Source: Eledone cirrhosa (Eukaryota). Taken from it: 64,000 nucleotides of DNA. The stretch lies in the NCBI GenBank assembly GCA_964016885.1, contig OZ024740.1:342054001-342118000 (forward strand), in the 5' to 3' direction. The notes beneath the pieces are model-generated. The model had not been told where the DNA came from. It ran no database searches and saw nothing but the letters and a program-made list of their open reading frames with translations. Numbering within the stretch: the first letter of the stretch is position 1; every line of letters starts with the position of its first letter. The position numbers and the translations under genes are program-made. Positions 24,061 through 36,212 of this stretch are shown in pieces.

Positions 24061-25042
24061 CATCAAAGATATAGTTAAATTTTAAATTCCTTAATCGTTT
24101 AAAAATTATATTTCTTACAAAATACATTGTCCATCTGTTCAAGTTAATTGTTTTAAATAATGAATTAAGGATTTGGAGAGATTTAATAAAACAACTGCTA
24201 TATATACTTGTGTATAAATAGAGAAATATGACAAAAGAAAATCAATGAGAAAATGGAGAATATTCGAGGGTTAATATTTTGCAGATTTTCATCATCTTCA
24301 ACAATGATGTAAAAAGGCACAGAAATATCTAGTGATTGCTTTACTCTCTTTACACCTACTAATTTGTACTTTCAGGTCCCAAATAATAGGGTGGGGTGGA
24401 AAATCGGTAATTTTTCTAGGTTGTCTCGATTGATTTTTTTAAAAACCAGCATTAGTCGTTTAGTTTACATATTGAGACCCCCAACCCATCCTATTTATTT
24501 ATAACATGGAATTTTTAGTAATGTAGTTTTTTTTTCATGTATGATGTTTTTTAATGTATAAAGAAGATATATTATGTACGCCATCATCATCATCATCATA
24601 TGTCCACTTTCCCTGCTAGCAAGGGTTGGACGGGTTTTTACAGACTGAGTCAGTACTGAAGCAGGGTTACTGACCTCTCAGACTGGCCAGGAGTCTGCAT
24701 CTTGCTTGAGGATGGTCCCACTTTCTACCAATGAAATGGTAATAAATTCATTATGTAATGGTATTGTGAAACAAAAACTGTATTCTAAATGACACTTTAA
24801 AACGTTTTAGGTATCAAAATATAAAACTTCATAAAAATATTTTCCACTCATGGAAATTTACCAAACCACCCCATCTAAATATGTGTTGAGTAGCTGCCTC
24901 GGCTTACATATGTAATTTAGATTTTTGCCCATTGCTCAGACTAAATTTGGGGAGTTGGCTTATATTCAGATGAACTTATACACGAGTATATATGGTAATT
25001 CCTCCATTATAAAGCTGCACTAGGAGAAGGTTCTTGCATTAA

Positions 25043-25238
25043 CCCTTTAGCATTTACAGTACTCTATATATACTATTGTATTTTAGCAGTAAATGGTTTA
25101 TCTCACATAATACCAAATCTATGAGATTTTGATATTATTTATTTTGAGAACAATACCTTAACATCACTATGAGTGACCAGTTAACAGAAAGAGGTGAGAG
25201 AATTCTGGCTGGATACACCCAGTTTAAATGCTAAAGGT
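25043..25238. mobile_element. piggyBac-type MITE
   Basis: TTAA-flanked; CCCTTTAGCATTTA terminus; body matches 3404-3624. Confidence 0.8.
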
Positions 25239-25761
25239 TTAAACATCTGAGAGTAAGTTTAAATTTGAATAAAATACTTTAAATTGATGGTTTCAGACAG
25301 ATTAGCATCAAACCAATGAAAGACAAATAATATTACAATTAAGAAGCATTTTTCACCCTATTATTTAATAATAAAAGTGAATAAATTAAATCAAGAGACA
25401 ATTCTATTTTTTACATTTTAGTCATTGTTTAATTGTATTTTGTACTAGTATGATGGACACCAATAGCTACTATAGTAACCACCGAGACTAAGATGCCAAT
25501 GAGGAAGTCTCTATGTGATTGCATGACATGGTAGAAACAGCAGCTAAATATATTTCTCTAAAATCACTCCACTATCATCTTCTAAGAGGAAGAACACACA
25601 CAAAAAATGTAGTTCTTGAAATACTGAATAAACGAGTTGTGTTAATTTTGAACACAGTTCTGCTTTATTGACCCCAGAAGGTTGAAAGGTTTGGACTCAG
25701 AAGGTAAATAGCCAGAACAAATACTCCAATAATTCTGCCAATCTCTACATAATATTTCTGT

Positions 25762-25792
<31 letters not shown>

Positions 25793-26139
25793 CACTGTTT
25801 AGCATCTATTCTTCCATGCTTGCATGGGTTAGACAGGTCATCCATGTTGGGAGACATGTCTGGCCAGAATTGGCCAAATAGCACCTTGCTCCGACAAGGA
25901 CTGTAATTTGACTGGGGATTTTACAGCTGGATGCCCTTCCTAACACCAACCACATTTACAGTGTGGAACTTCATGGCACCGTTATGAAGAAGGACAAGCC
26001 AGTTGGCCGCGCCAAACACATTTCACAGCAGAACCATAGTTTTGTACTGGATGGCACTGATATGATATATATATGTATGTGAGTGTATAAGTCTCTCTTT
26101 CTATATATGTGTGTGTATATACAGATATTTATGATATAG

Positions 26140-26229
26140 CCGTCCAACCTTCGCACATGCGCAGTACGCTCCAACCTCCGCGCATGCGCAGTCCGGTCCA
26201 ACCTTTGGGCATGCGCAGTACGGTCCAAT
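26140..26229. repeat. 27-bp tandem repeat (~3.3 copies), each containing CATGCGCAGT
   Basis: cg.tccaacct..gc.catgcgcagt unit repeated three times. Confidence 0.85.
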
Positions 26230-26441
26230 CACCCTCTTGCAAATTTTAGCATTTTCATTCTCAGAAACAAAGACTCCAAAACCAACAGATAGTAGAGAGG
26301 AGAGTGAGGTCATCCCTAATGGACCAAGTGTTTGATAAATGGCTGTTAAGTTTGACCACTAAACAGATGCCTCAGTAGAACATGGTGTTCCAGCTTCTAA
26401 AATTAGCTGTTTACTGATACTGCTTTAATTTCACTCTTTAA

Positions 26442-26626
26442 CCCGTTAGCATTTATATTAATCTATATAAACTGTTGTATTTTCACTGTAAAGGCTTTAC
26501 CTCATATAATTATCTCACATAATGAATCTAGGAGATTTTGATATTATTTATTTTGAGAACAATACCTTAATATCAGTATGAGTGGCTGGTTACAGCTGGA
26601 TTGAACAAAGTTTAAATGCTAATGTG
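26442..26626. mobile_element. piggyBac-type MITE
   Basis: TTAA-flanked; same family as 3404-3624. Confidence 0.75.
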
Positions 26627-26699
26627 TTAATGAAACCTACCACCTGTTGTTTGATAGCCACCATTTAATGAGTTCATTAATCCTTTCTCTGAAATCTTT

Positions 26700-27480
26700 T
26701 TACACAGGGAAGGATGCACTTAGATTCCAGTAACTAGGATCCTGTCTATTAGTTTGTTCTAAGTTGACTGTATAGGTCATAAATTGTGGTCTGTATATCC
26801 CAAAACCTAAAACTGTGGACAACTAATGCTGATTCTATCTACTACTCTGATGTAAACTGTATCTAAATATAACCTGGATGACCCACTGGAATTTGTCCAA
26901 GTTGACAGTGGCATATTAAAAAAGGGCCTGTGTAGGGCTTTTACACCCCCTCTCTCCTGTTGGTTACTCCTACATAATTCTTTCAGACATCCAAAATGCT
27001 ATTCCCATCTCCCACTAATACTAATGAGTGAGATGTTCTCAGGAAAATATCTAGATGTCTAAAGATGTCTCATCTTCCAGCTTCTGTTGGCACATAAACT
27101 GCTACCAGTCTGAAAGCACTTCATCTCTTTCACTACTGCTCATTCTTACCTCTGGGTTCAGACCCTTCTGAAAGAGTAAAGAGTAGTCTTACATCACTTG
27201 AACCAAGCCGACCCCCCCCCCCCCCCTCCCCCGATTTTGTAGTCATCCAAGGATGGAGCCAGAGAGTGCATCTTGGAAATACTGATCTCATTAATAGCTA
27301 CCACATCCAGACTAGACTGGTACAGTTGTTGAGTAGGTGTCCCTGTTTCCAATTTCACTCTAGTTCATGTACATTTATACAACTTTTTTTAGTATGGCCA
27401 TTTGAAGACAATCTTGTCTCCTTCAAAAGAATAACCACTATGTATATCAACAAAATAATCTTGTACTCCACCTCCTCTAA
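26700..27480 (-). mobile_element. Highly degraded Tx1-like APE fragment
   Basis: Minus-strand peptide AFRLVAVYVPTE..LVLVGDGNSILD resembles AFRLVAVYAPTG at ~9770. Confidence 0.6.
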
Positions 27481-28115
27481 TCTTAGATATTACACAACTA
27501 ACCCCTTTGGTACCATCCCATCCAAAACCACCTCTGGTTCTATGAAACAACCACTCATTTTAAATTAAACTCTTTCAACATCACTGGTAATGGATGGTCC
27601 CATAACTCATGAGGGCAATTCTAGGGCATTTTAAAACCTGGCAGAGCCCATTTCCCTCCAGGTTTGAATATAGCAGATTTCTTTCAGAGAAGAATAGAGA
27701 GTGAGAGAATGGAAGTGAGAAAGAGACACAGAGGAAGAATTGACCCCAGTAGTAGACTGGTACATTTTTTAGTAACCTGGAATGGATGAAAGGCAAAGTT
27801 GACCTTGGCAGGAATTGAACTCAGAGAGCAGAGAGCCAAAACGAATACCACAAAGCATTCTATCCGACATTCTAATGACTGCCAATTCACTGCTTATAAC
27901 AAACTTGATATAAGAACCTTTTTATTATGTTACAAATACTATCGAAATAATGAAATATTTGATAATTCTAGTAAATCCAGGTGAGTGGATAACATCCATG
28001 AGCTTGGTTGGTCTTACTTGGGGATCCAGTCAGATTAATTGGAGATGGTTGCTTCCCTCCCAGGAATAAGTGGACAAAGAAGAAGAAACGAAAAAGAAGT
28101 TGTAAATTCATTCAA

Positions 28116-28323
28116 CCCTTTAGCATTTAAACCGGCTGTATCCAGCTAGAATTCTCTCACCTCTTTCTGTTCAAACTGGTTGTAACCGGCTGCTCATACT
28201 TATGTTAAGGTATTGTTCTCAAGATAAATAATATCAAAATCTCGTAGATTCCATATTATATGAGGTAAAGCATTTACTGTGAAAATATAATAGTATATAT
28301 AGAGTAATGTAAATGCTAAAGGG
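28116..28323. mobile_element. piggyBac-type MITE (opposite orientation)
   Basis: CCCTTTAGCATTTA / TAAATGCTAAAGGG|TTAA. Confidence 0.8.
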
Positions 28324-28452
28324 TTAATTCAAATACAGTGTATTTCATGAGAAATACAGTAATAAAAGGATTATCACCCTGTAGGTCTCTATAAGTGCTA
28401 GACCTCGCAATCTTTAATAGTATCTTCTGCTAATATCATATTCACGGTGGAT

Positions 28453-28790
28453 GCAGCATGGCTGAATGGTGAGGCAGTTTGCTTTACACTCATTATGGCC
28501 AGAGTTTGATTCCATTGTGTGAGATTTTAGGCAAGTATCATTTACCATAGTCTCGGGTCAACCTGTTCTTTGTAAATGAAAATTGGTTGGTAGAAACTGC
28601 TTGGAAGCCCATCGGATGGACCGTACCTGTACTTCAAGAGGCCAGCCTTGTTACATAGTGTCATGCTGAATCTTTGAGAATTTGTTAATAATACATGTCT
28701 GTGGAATTCTCAGCAGCTTACATGTTAATTTCATGAGCTGGCTGATCCATTGATTGAACAACTCGATCACTCATCATCACTTACAAAGAG
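28453..28790 (+). mobile_element. Old tRNA-derived SINE (related pieces at ~2960-3080, 49580-49720, 56800-56940)
   Basis: catggctgaatggt A-box-like head, gtttgattcc B-box-like motif, ggcaagt.tc.t.tac.atag core. Confidence 0.55.
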
Positions 28791-28893
28791 ATCAATTCCG
28801 TCTTTATAGCATAGCAAAACCAGCTTTTCAAAGATTGTTCAGGGAAAGAAATTTAGTTCTGATCAAATGTTGTAATGTTGTGAGGCCCCTTAC

Positions 28894-29073
28894 TTGGGCT
28901 CTGAAGGAGGTAAAACATTCTTTATTTTGCAGGAAAATCACACCTAAACACATTGGTAAATCCAGCACTAGGAATAATGCCCTTACATCTGGAATAGCAT
29001 TGTTACTATAAAAACAGACATTTTTTAAAGCCATCCAACTGTCAAAACTCTCACCAGTACATTTCAACATTTC
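28894..29073 (-). CDS. Candidate internal exon (180 nt, phase 0/0) of an unknown gene
   Basis: tgtag|GAA...CAA|gtaagg; open frame EMLKCTGESFDSWMALKNVCFYSNNAIPDVRALFLVLDLPMCLGVIFLQNKECFTSFRAQ; weak pyrimidine tract; no recognised homology. Confidence 0.3.
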
Positions 29074-29102
29074 CTACATCTAATATAACAACTTCTGTTG
29101 TA

Positions 29103-29440
29103 CTTTCGGATCCCAAATAATAAGGGTGGTGGATTGGAAAATCGGTAATTAATTCTGTTGATTTTAAAAAAAACCCAGAATTAGTCGTTTAGTTTACATA
29201 CACCCGAACCCATCCTATTTATTTTATTACGTATGGGATTTCTAGTAATGTACTTTATTTTCAAGTATAATATTTTTTAATGCATAAAGAAAATTAATTA
29301 TCGTAGGAATGGTACCACTTAAAATAAAATTTTGCCGGAGATAGATTAGTAAAATTTAAGAATCGGTTATTGAGTTGGAATAAATCTGAAAAATTAATAA
29401 GTGAGTAATGGGGGCGGGGCGATTATTCGAGACTCAAGAG
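29103..29440. mobile_element. Tc1/mariner-like MITE (partial second copy at ~24369-24580)
   Basis: TA-flanked; 19-bp TIRs CTTTCGGATCCCAAATAAT versus the reverse complement CTCTTGAGTCTCGAATAAT, differing only by transitions. Confidence 0.65.
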
Positions 29441-29795
29441 TAAACAACCTTCAACCAAGCTCAATTAGAACGTTTGCCTCACTTCCTCTTACCAACCGTA
29501 CTGTGTATCAAAGCTCAGCACTCACCACTATCATATCCCTCCATCAAACTGGAATTCCCCATTCATTCATGAGTTTTCCCTCTCACTGACGTCAAAGCAG
29601 AATGCAAATTGTATCAATCTCAAAAAGCATGAGGACTTGCCGAAGCAATATACACACTCCTTTTTTTAAAGAAAAAGAAACATTGTAATATACAACAAAA
29701 CAATATAACGAGAGTAACAATCTCATAATTCTGCTATTTCAAGTGGTCACTGAATTAAAACTTTTTAAGATAAAAGAGAACTTTATTCATGATAA

Positions 29796-29816
29796 TCTGT
29801 ATATATATAAAATTAA

Positions 29817-29848
<32 letters not shown>

Positions 29849-30779
29849 CTGTGTATTACCTATAGGGGCCTACATCTTACGACCGATTTTCATGAAACTT
29901 TACAGGCTCATAGATTAGTCATCGGGGAGTGTTTTCTATATATCAGCGTATCGTTTTTTTTTTATTCCGGGGTCATTCGGCAGATAAAAATCGATAGGGG
30001 TCACTTTTTTTAGGTATCGAAAAATAAGATTTTTGGCTCTAGCCCCCACATTTTGCCACCGATTTCGTTCAAATTTTAAAGCAAAATAGAATTTATCATT
30101 GCACATCCTGTAATGGCTTTATATTTTGCATTTGTTGTTAAATATTCAAAAATGCCACTTTTTCGGCTCTAGCTCCCAGATTTATCAACCTAATTTGTTC
30201 AAATTTTACACTACGCTAGATCTGATTATTTCACGTCTTAAAGTAGCTTTACATTTTGGATTTTTTTGTTCAGGAACGGCGTGGCAGCCGCTTAAATATT
30301 CGAAAATACCACCTTTTCGCTCAAATTTCCGCCTTTTCGGCTCTAGCTCCCACAATTTTCAACCGATTTCGTTCAAATTCGAAACTTCGACTCCACCTCA
30401 CACATAAATCAATTTATTTGGTTCAACTTTTATACTACGATAGAACCTATCATTGCATATCTTATAGATGGTCAAAAGCAAAACGATGGCCACTGACGTC
30501 GTCTGAGCTTTTAGTTGTATATTTGAGAATTCATCGGTTTCCAATCAAGTAGTGTGAGGAAATTTGGCTTTGTGCTAGAGGTCATTACCCCCCCCCCCCC
30601 AGCATGCCCCTTCGTCAGTCACCCGCGTTTCTCAGTGATAGAGGTCATCACCACCCTCCCCCGCATGGCCTGTGTGTGGCCATAGATGAATCATTGAGAA
30701 GCAGTCGCTAAGATCAACACCTTTTCATCCAAGCAGATATTATTTTACCTATCCAGGCAATGCTGGGTACTGCTGCTAG
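29796..30779 (+). mobile_element. Non-autonomous Helitron
   Basis: A|TCTGTATATATATAAAA + (TG)n 5' end; internal repeats ttttcggctctagctccc; hairpin CCAGGCAATGCTGG then CTAG|T. Confidence 0.8.
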
Positions 30780-31650
30780 TACAGATACATAAAATAATAC
30801 AATAGAAAGAAAAATGCGAAAACGAAGGAGAAAATATTAAATAGTGGAAGTAATAAAAAAGGGAGGGGCAAAAGGTTTTACTATTCAATCTTGGAAGTAT
30901 GTCTCAGTTGCGCCTTGCGGACGAACTGGCAAAGGCAATGCCGCGGAAAATAGCCACCGACACCCACCGCATCGGCTATTCTACTTTATGGGGCTCTTTC
31001 CTCATGTGGGATAGAACTATGAATAGATCTTGTAAAGAGAATTTTCATCTAACTAGTTTCACAGCCTTAGTAATGTTAGGTCAGGTTTATTTTTGACGAT
31101 GAGACCTGAGAGCGAGAGAGACAGGGGCAAGGAACGAAAGAGAGAGAACACCAACACTTATTTATTTACTTGATAAGCTCCAAGTTACCCCACAAGCCAA
31201 GCAACACCTATGGTGAAAGGCAATTCACGCCGTCAGCATTCCACCATTCTTTCATCTCGATATAGTATAAACCAGACCACATTAGATACAACTTAATAGT
31301 TGTGGAAAGAAAATATAAATACAAAAAAAAAGAAGAAAAAAGTAATTTCAACAGTCTTTGATTCTGATAATCTATCTATGACTGTAAAATACAAGTCGCA
31401 GTTGCGGTATTTGTTTCAGTTAACTGCATTCTGCATTTAAATCCTGACGAGGTCACCTCTCCCCATCTTACTTTCAAAGTTGTTAAATTAAAGTACCAGC
31501 CCAGGGAAGTCGATTGACGGAATTGTTAGTGTCGCAAAGAATGGAAGAAATACCGCAAGGTATTTCTAAGGTATTTCTTCTACTCTTTGCGTCTTGATTT
31601 CAAATCAAATTAAGGTCTTCTTGAAAGGCGGGGTAGACTTCGTCAGTTAC

Positions 31651-31798
31651 CTGGTTTAAAACTTCTACTTGGCACATGGGTGCCATCAGTGGAGCCCATT
31701 CTGTTGCAAGCATTCGGGGAAAGTCGCTGATTTGAGGATTCCTTCTACTCTCCTACAAGTCTTTCTTCCATGACTGGGCACTGCCCTTCCCTAAATGT
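31651..31798 (-). other. Candidate exon with strong splice sites but stops in all three frames (UTR or lncRNA)
   Basis: ttttatttttactgtttag| ... cag|gtaact. Confidence 0.35.
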
Positions 31799-32331
31799 CT
31801 AAACAGTAAAAATAAAATGTTTACCATGGAGATTGAAAAAATTTGATGTCTCGAACCGAGGTTCTTTGACAATTGTTATCTGTTTAGAACGGTAAATTAG
31901 AATTTAAGGGAAGATTGGCTGTTATTTTTAGCAGAATGAACAATCACGCAGAGGCTCCCACGTTGAATCGTGTCATGTTTTATACGTAAGGAATGCAAGA
32001 TAAGGGAAATAAATCTTGAATAATATATTTATTTACCCAATTACCTCGCTTGCCAGTTGAACCACATGTACCGTGTTGTCTTCGCCATTTTCATCACACA
32101 AATACGAAGAGCAACAAATCAACGGAGCTGTGTTGATACTCTCAAAACACCGAACTGCTGTATTTCCTTTTAATTCATTGTAAGTATACAACAGTTTAGA
32201 TCTCACCTATTATTTATTATTTTGTCCCAGTTTATTTTACATATCTATTACCTAAAACTTAAATTCCTACTACATTATGGGAAGGTAAAAAAATGACAAC
32301 ATAAATATAACAATACATGCATAGAGATGTG

Positions 32332-32399
<68 letters not shown>

Positions 32400-32407
32400 A
32401 GTGTGTG

Positions 32408-32434
32408 TGTGAACATGTAGATAATGACGATTAT

Positions 32435-32470
<36 letters not shown>

Positions 32471-32497
32471 ATAATCGTCATTATCTACATGTTCACA
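32408..32497. repeat. Perfect 90-bp palindrome centred on (AT)15
   Basis: TGTGAACATGTAGATAATGACGATTATGTG-(AT)n-CACATAATCGTCATTATCTACATGTTCACA. Confidence 0.9.
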
Positions 32498-32750
32498 TTA
32501 ATTTCTCTATTTTCATTTATATATATATATGAATTTAGATCGATACATTGTATTATTTTAAAAACATGTAAGCACTGTGGTCAAGTTTCGAATGGTTCCG
32601 GAAACGGTTTAAGTTTGACCGTGGGGCTTATTTGTAATTTAAAATAATATATATATATATACTCTATTTTCTTTAAAGTATGGAGTACTAAGTTGAATAA
32701 TGGTCTTACTAGATTACTAATTTCAATTACTAACATCTCTCTCTCTCTGA

Positions 32751-32805
<55 letters not shown>

Positions 32806-32863
32806 ATGCATTTATTGAGTTCATATTCAATTAATGTGCCAGTCTCTATGTATAAGACATACA

Positions 32864-32927
<64 letters not shown>

Positions 32928-33555
32928 CTATATATCTATACACGCACACATTACAAGTAGCAATGTTTACGTTCTTCGAATTATAGACGCACGTACTTGA
33001 AATGTGTGTATATAATTCGAAGAACGTAATATTATTAAGTAGAAAAGCGACAGATCAACGAATGATACAAGGTAGGAGATCCGAACGGATTGCCTATTAT
33101 TAACACACAGGTGTGTGGATGAAATATTTAGTAATAATACTGGACGTAATGTTTGATAATAATATTGACTGTAATTATTTAGCGATCGATATTAAGTGAA
33201 AGTGTCTATGTTGTTTCTATCCTGGTAGTTTTACCATTGATGCTCACATCCTATTCCTCTACTCCTACCCACTGTTGCTTCGTAACAGATTCCAATGCTT
33301 CTTCCTCTCACAGGCTTTTGACTCGACAAAGAAAAGTCTGCGAGGATTTGATTTAAAAAATTATCAAATTTAGAAATATGATATGTTTCATCGTTTTCTG
33401 TGATTTTACTTTTATCGTTATGCCTGCTTTCCTAAAGAAATCTATTGTCAGTAAAAAAAACCCCCAAAAACTGAATATATAATTAAAACATTATAATTAT
33501 TTGCTTTGGAAATTCCATGGCAAATGTAACATAATGAATATTATTATTGAGATTA

Positions 33556-33614
<59 letters not shown>

Positions 33615-33649
33615 TATATATATATATACACACACATATATATATATAT

Positions 33650-33698
<49 letters not shown>

Positions 33699-33747
33699 TA
33701 TATATAAATATATATACACACACACATATATATATATAAATATATAT

Positions 33748-33778
<31 letters not shown>

Positions 33779-33861
33779 AATATATACACACACACATATA
33801 TATATATATATATAAATATATATACACACACACACACACACATATATATATAAATATATAT

Positions 33862-33895
<34 letters not shown>

Positions 33896-33946
33896 TATTC
33901 AGAATATTAATAAATGAAGACATTCACATAATCAAAATATATGTTT

Positions 33947-34006
33947 TTTATTATATATATTTCGAAGGTACTTTGCCGTTTTTTCAGTACGTCCTCGTCA
34001 GATAAA
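33947..34006 (-). ncRNA. Minimal type I hammerhead ribozyme
   Basis: Minus strand: UUUAU-CUGACGA-GGACGUACU..AGUACCUUC-GAAA-UAUAUA-UA^AUAAA. Confidence 0.8.
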
Positions 34007-34123
34007 ATACATGAATTGATGCATGACATACCTCAATGGTCTTGATGTTTCAATTCCAGTACTGCCAATACTGGAATTGAACCATCAAGACCATTGAGGT
34101 ATGTCATGCATCAATTCATGTAT

Positions 34124-34183
34124 TTTATCTGACGAGGACGTACTGAAAAAACAGCACAGTACCTTCGAAATATATATAATAAA
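34124..34183 (+). ncRNA. Minimal type I hammerhead ribozyme
   Basis: UUUAU-CUGACGA-GGACGUACUG..CAGUACCUUC-GAAA-UAUAUA-UA^AUAAA; canonical core, palindromic stem III. Confidence 0.85.
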
Positions 34184-34326
34184 CATATATTTTGATTATG
34201 TGAATGTCTTCATTTTTTAATATTCTGAATAATATTACTAACTCCAGAAAACTTCATTGTAGAGTGCTTTTAATCTATTGTAAAACTATATTCATTGAGT
34301 AATCAATGAACCATATTTTAATAAAT

Positions 34327-34383
<57 letters not shown>

Positions 34384-34384
34384 C

Positions 34385-34417
<33 letters not shown>

Positions 34418-34422
34418 CATAC

Positions 34423-34471
<49 letters not shown>

Positions 34472-34476
34472 CATAC

Positions 34477-34523
<47 letters not shown>

Positions 34524-34648
34524 CATACACATACATATATACATACACATATATATATATATACATACATACACACACATATATATACAGACATACACAT
34601 ATATATACATACACACATATATATATATACATACACATATATATATAT

Positions 34649-34717
<69 letters not shown>

Positions 34718-34774
34718 CATACATATTTATATATATATATACATACATATTTATATTTATATATATATATATAT

Positions 34775-35893
34775 GTAGGAGTACATCAGGGTTCGGTCCT
34801 CAGCCCGCTCTTGTTCATTATAGTCCTCCAAGCCATAACAGAGGAGTTTAAGACTGGCTGTCCATGGGAACTTCTCTATACTGACGATCTGGTTCTTATA
34901 GCAGAATCAGTAGAGGAGCTAGAGAATAAATTCCGGCTATGGAAACAGCAGTTGGAAGCAAGAGGACTGAGAGTAAATCTAGCTAAGACAAAAGTGTTGA
35001 TGAGTAGAAAAGAGGACAAAACCCTGATTCCGTCAGGGAAATGGCCATGTTCGATATGCAGAAAAGGAACTGGCATAAATTCTATAAAATGCACACAATG
35101 CAGGTCCTGAGTGCACAAGAGATGTAGCGGGATAGCAGGCAAACTAACAGGTAGGGAGAAATATGTATGCAGTAGATGTACAGGGAAATTAGACAGTAGA
35201 AGTCGCACTGATAGACACATTTTTTCAAATGCGAGAGGGCGCTATAGAAGTGGTGGATAGCTTCCGGTACCTAGGAGATCAGATTAGCATGGGAGGAGGG
35301 TGTTCCGAGGCCATAGTATCTAGAATAAGGACGGGTTGGAAGAAGTTTAGGGAGCTGCTTCCTCTGTTGACGAAGAAGGGTTTCTCCCTGCGTACGAAAG
35401 GCCGGTTGTATGATGCCTGTGTGAGGAGCGCGATGCTGCATGGTAGTGAGACATAGGCAGCAACCGCAGAGGATATGCGACGTCTGGAGAGAAATGAGGC
35501 AAGCATGCTCCGTTGGATGTGCAGTGTAAATGTGCGTGAACGACCCAGCATAAATGTGTTGAGAGAGAAACTGTGTCTGAGAGGGATAGAATGTAGTGTA
35601 CGGGAGAGGAGACTGAGGGGGTATGGACATGTGATGCGCATGGAGGATGACCGATGGGTGAAGAAGTGCCAGGAAATGCCAGGAAATGCCAGTTGAAGGA
35701 AGACGTAGTAGAGGTAGACCACGAAAAACATGGGCGGAGGTGGTGAGAACAGACCTCAGATCATTGAAGCTCATGGTGGAGATGACGAGGGACCGTGACG
35801 AGTGGAGAGATGCTGTGCTGAATAAGACCCGTCCCACCCTTGCAAGCAGGGAAAAGCGGACGTAAAATGATGATGAGGAAAAATGATGATGAT
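34775..35893 (+). mobile_element. 5'-truncated RTE LINE (subfamily B), disabled
   Basis: [19 protein letters not shown]-x2-C zinc finger; stops and frameshifts; highly similar to 39826-40940; (GAT)n tail. Confidence 0.92.
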
Positions 35894-36212
35894 ATACATA
35901 CATATATATATATATATACATACATATATATATATATACATACATATAGTAATAATAATAAAATTGAAGACTAAAATCCAAAGAGGGCTCGATAAGGAAA
36001 ACATATATCAAATAAATAAAAACCGTACAGCAGATATTTATTAAAATAACAGATTAAAGTTTAAGCAAAGAATCGCTGCTTTCACCCTTAACGGGATCTT
36101 CTGAAACTAACAAGGTCAATCTGTAAACGCAGAACTGGATATTTCAAAAAACGTTGCAACCGGAGGAAGACAGGAAGACGATACTTTGGTTCGTGGAAAC
36201 ATATATATATAT

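Larger units (their letters stand above)
33892..34325. mobile_element. Non-coding fold-back element (inverted PLE-type pseudo-LTR pair) between TA tracts
   Basis: Arms 33892-34061 and 34069-34235 with a 7-nt loop; right arm extends ~90 bp further; homologous to 22540-22800. Confidence 0.85.

Noticed and set aside
24895-25010. Minus-strand exon with a gtaagc donor
   Set aside because: The sequence (tacc.tatatactcg.gtataag) resembles the terminus of a TcMar-type DNA transposon
27581-27705. Minus-strand exon after a pyrimidine tract
   Set aside because: No convincing donor or recognisable peptide; it lies among SINE and MITE remnants
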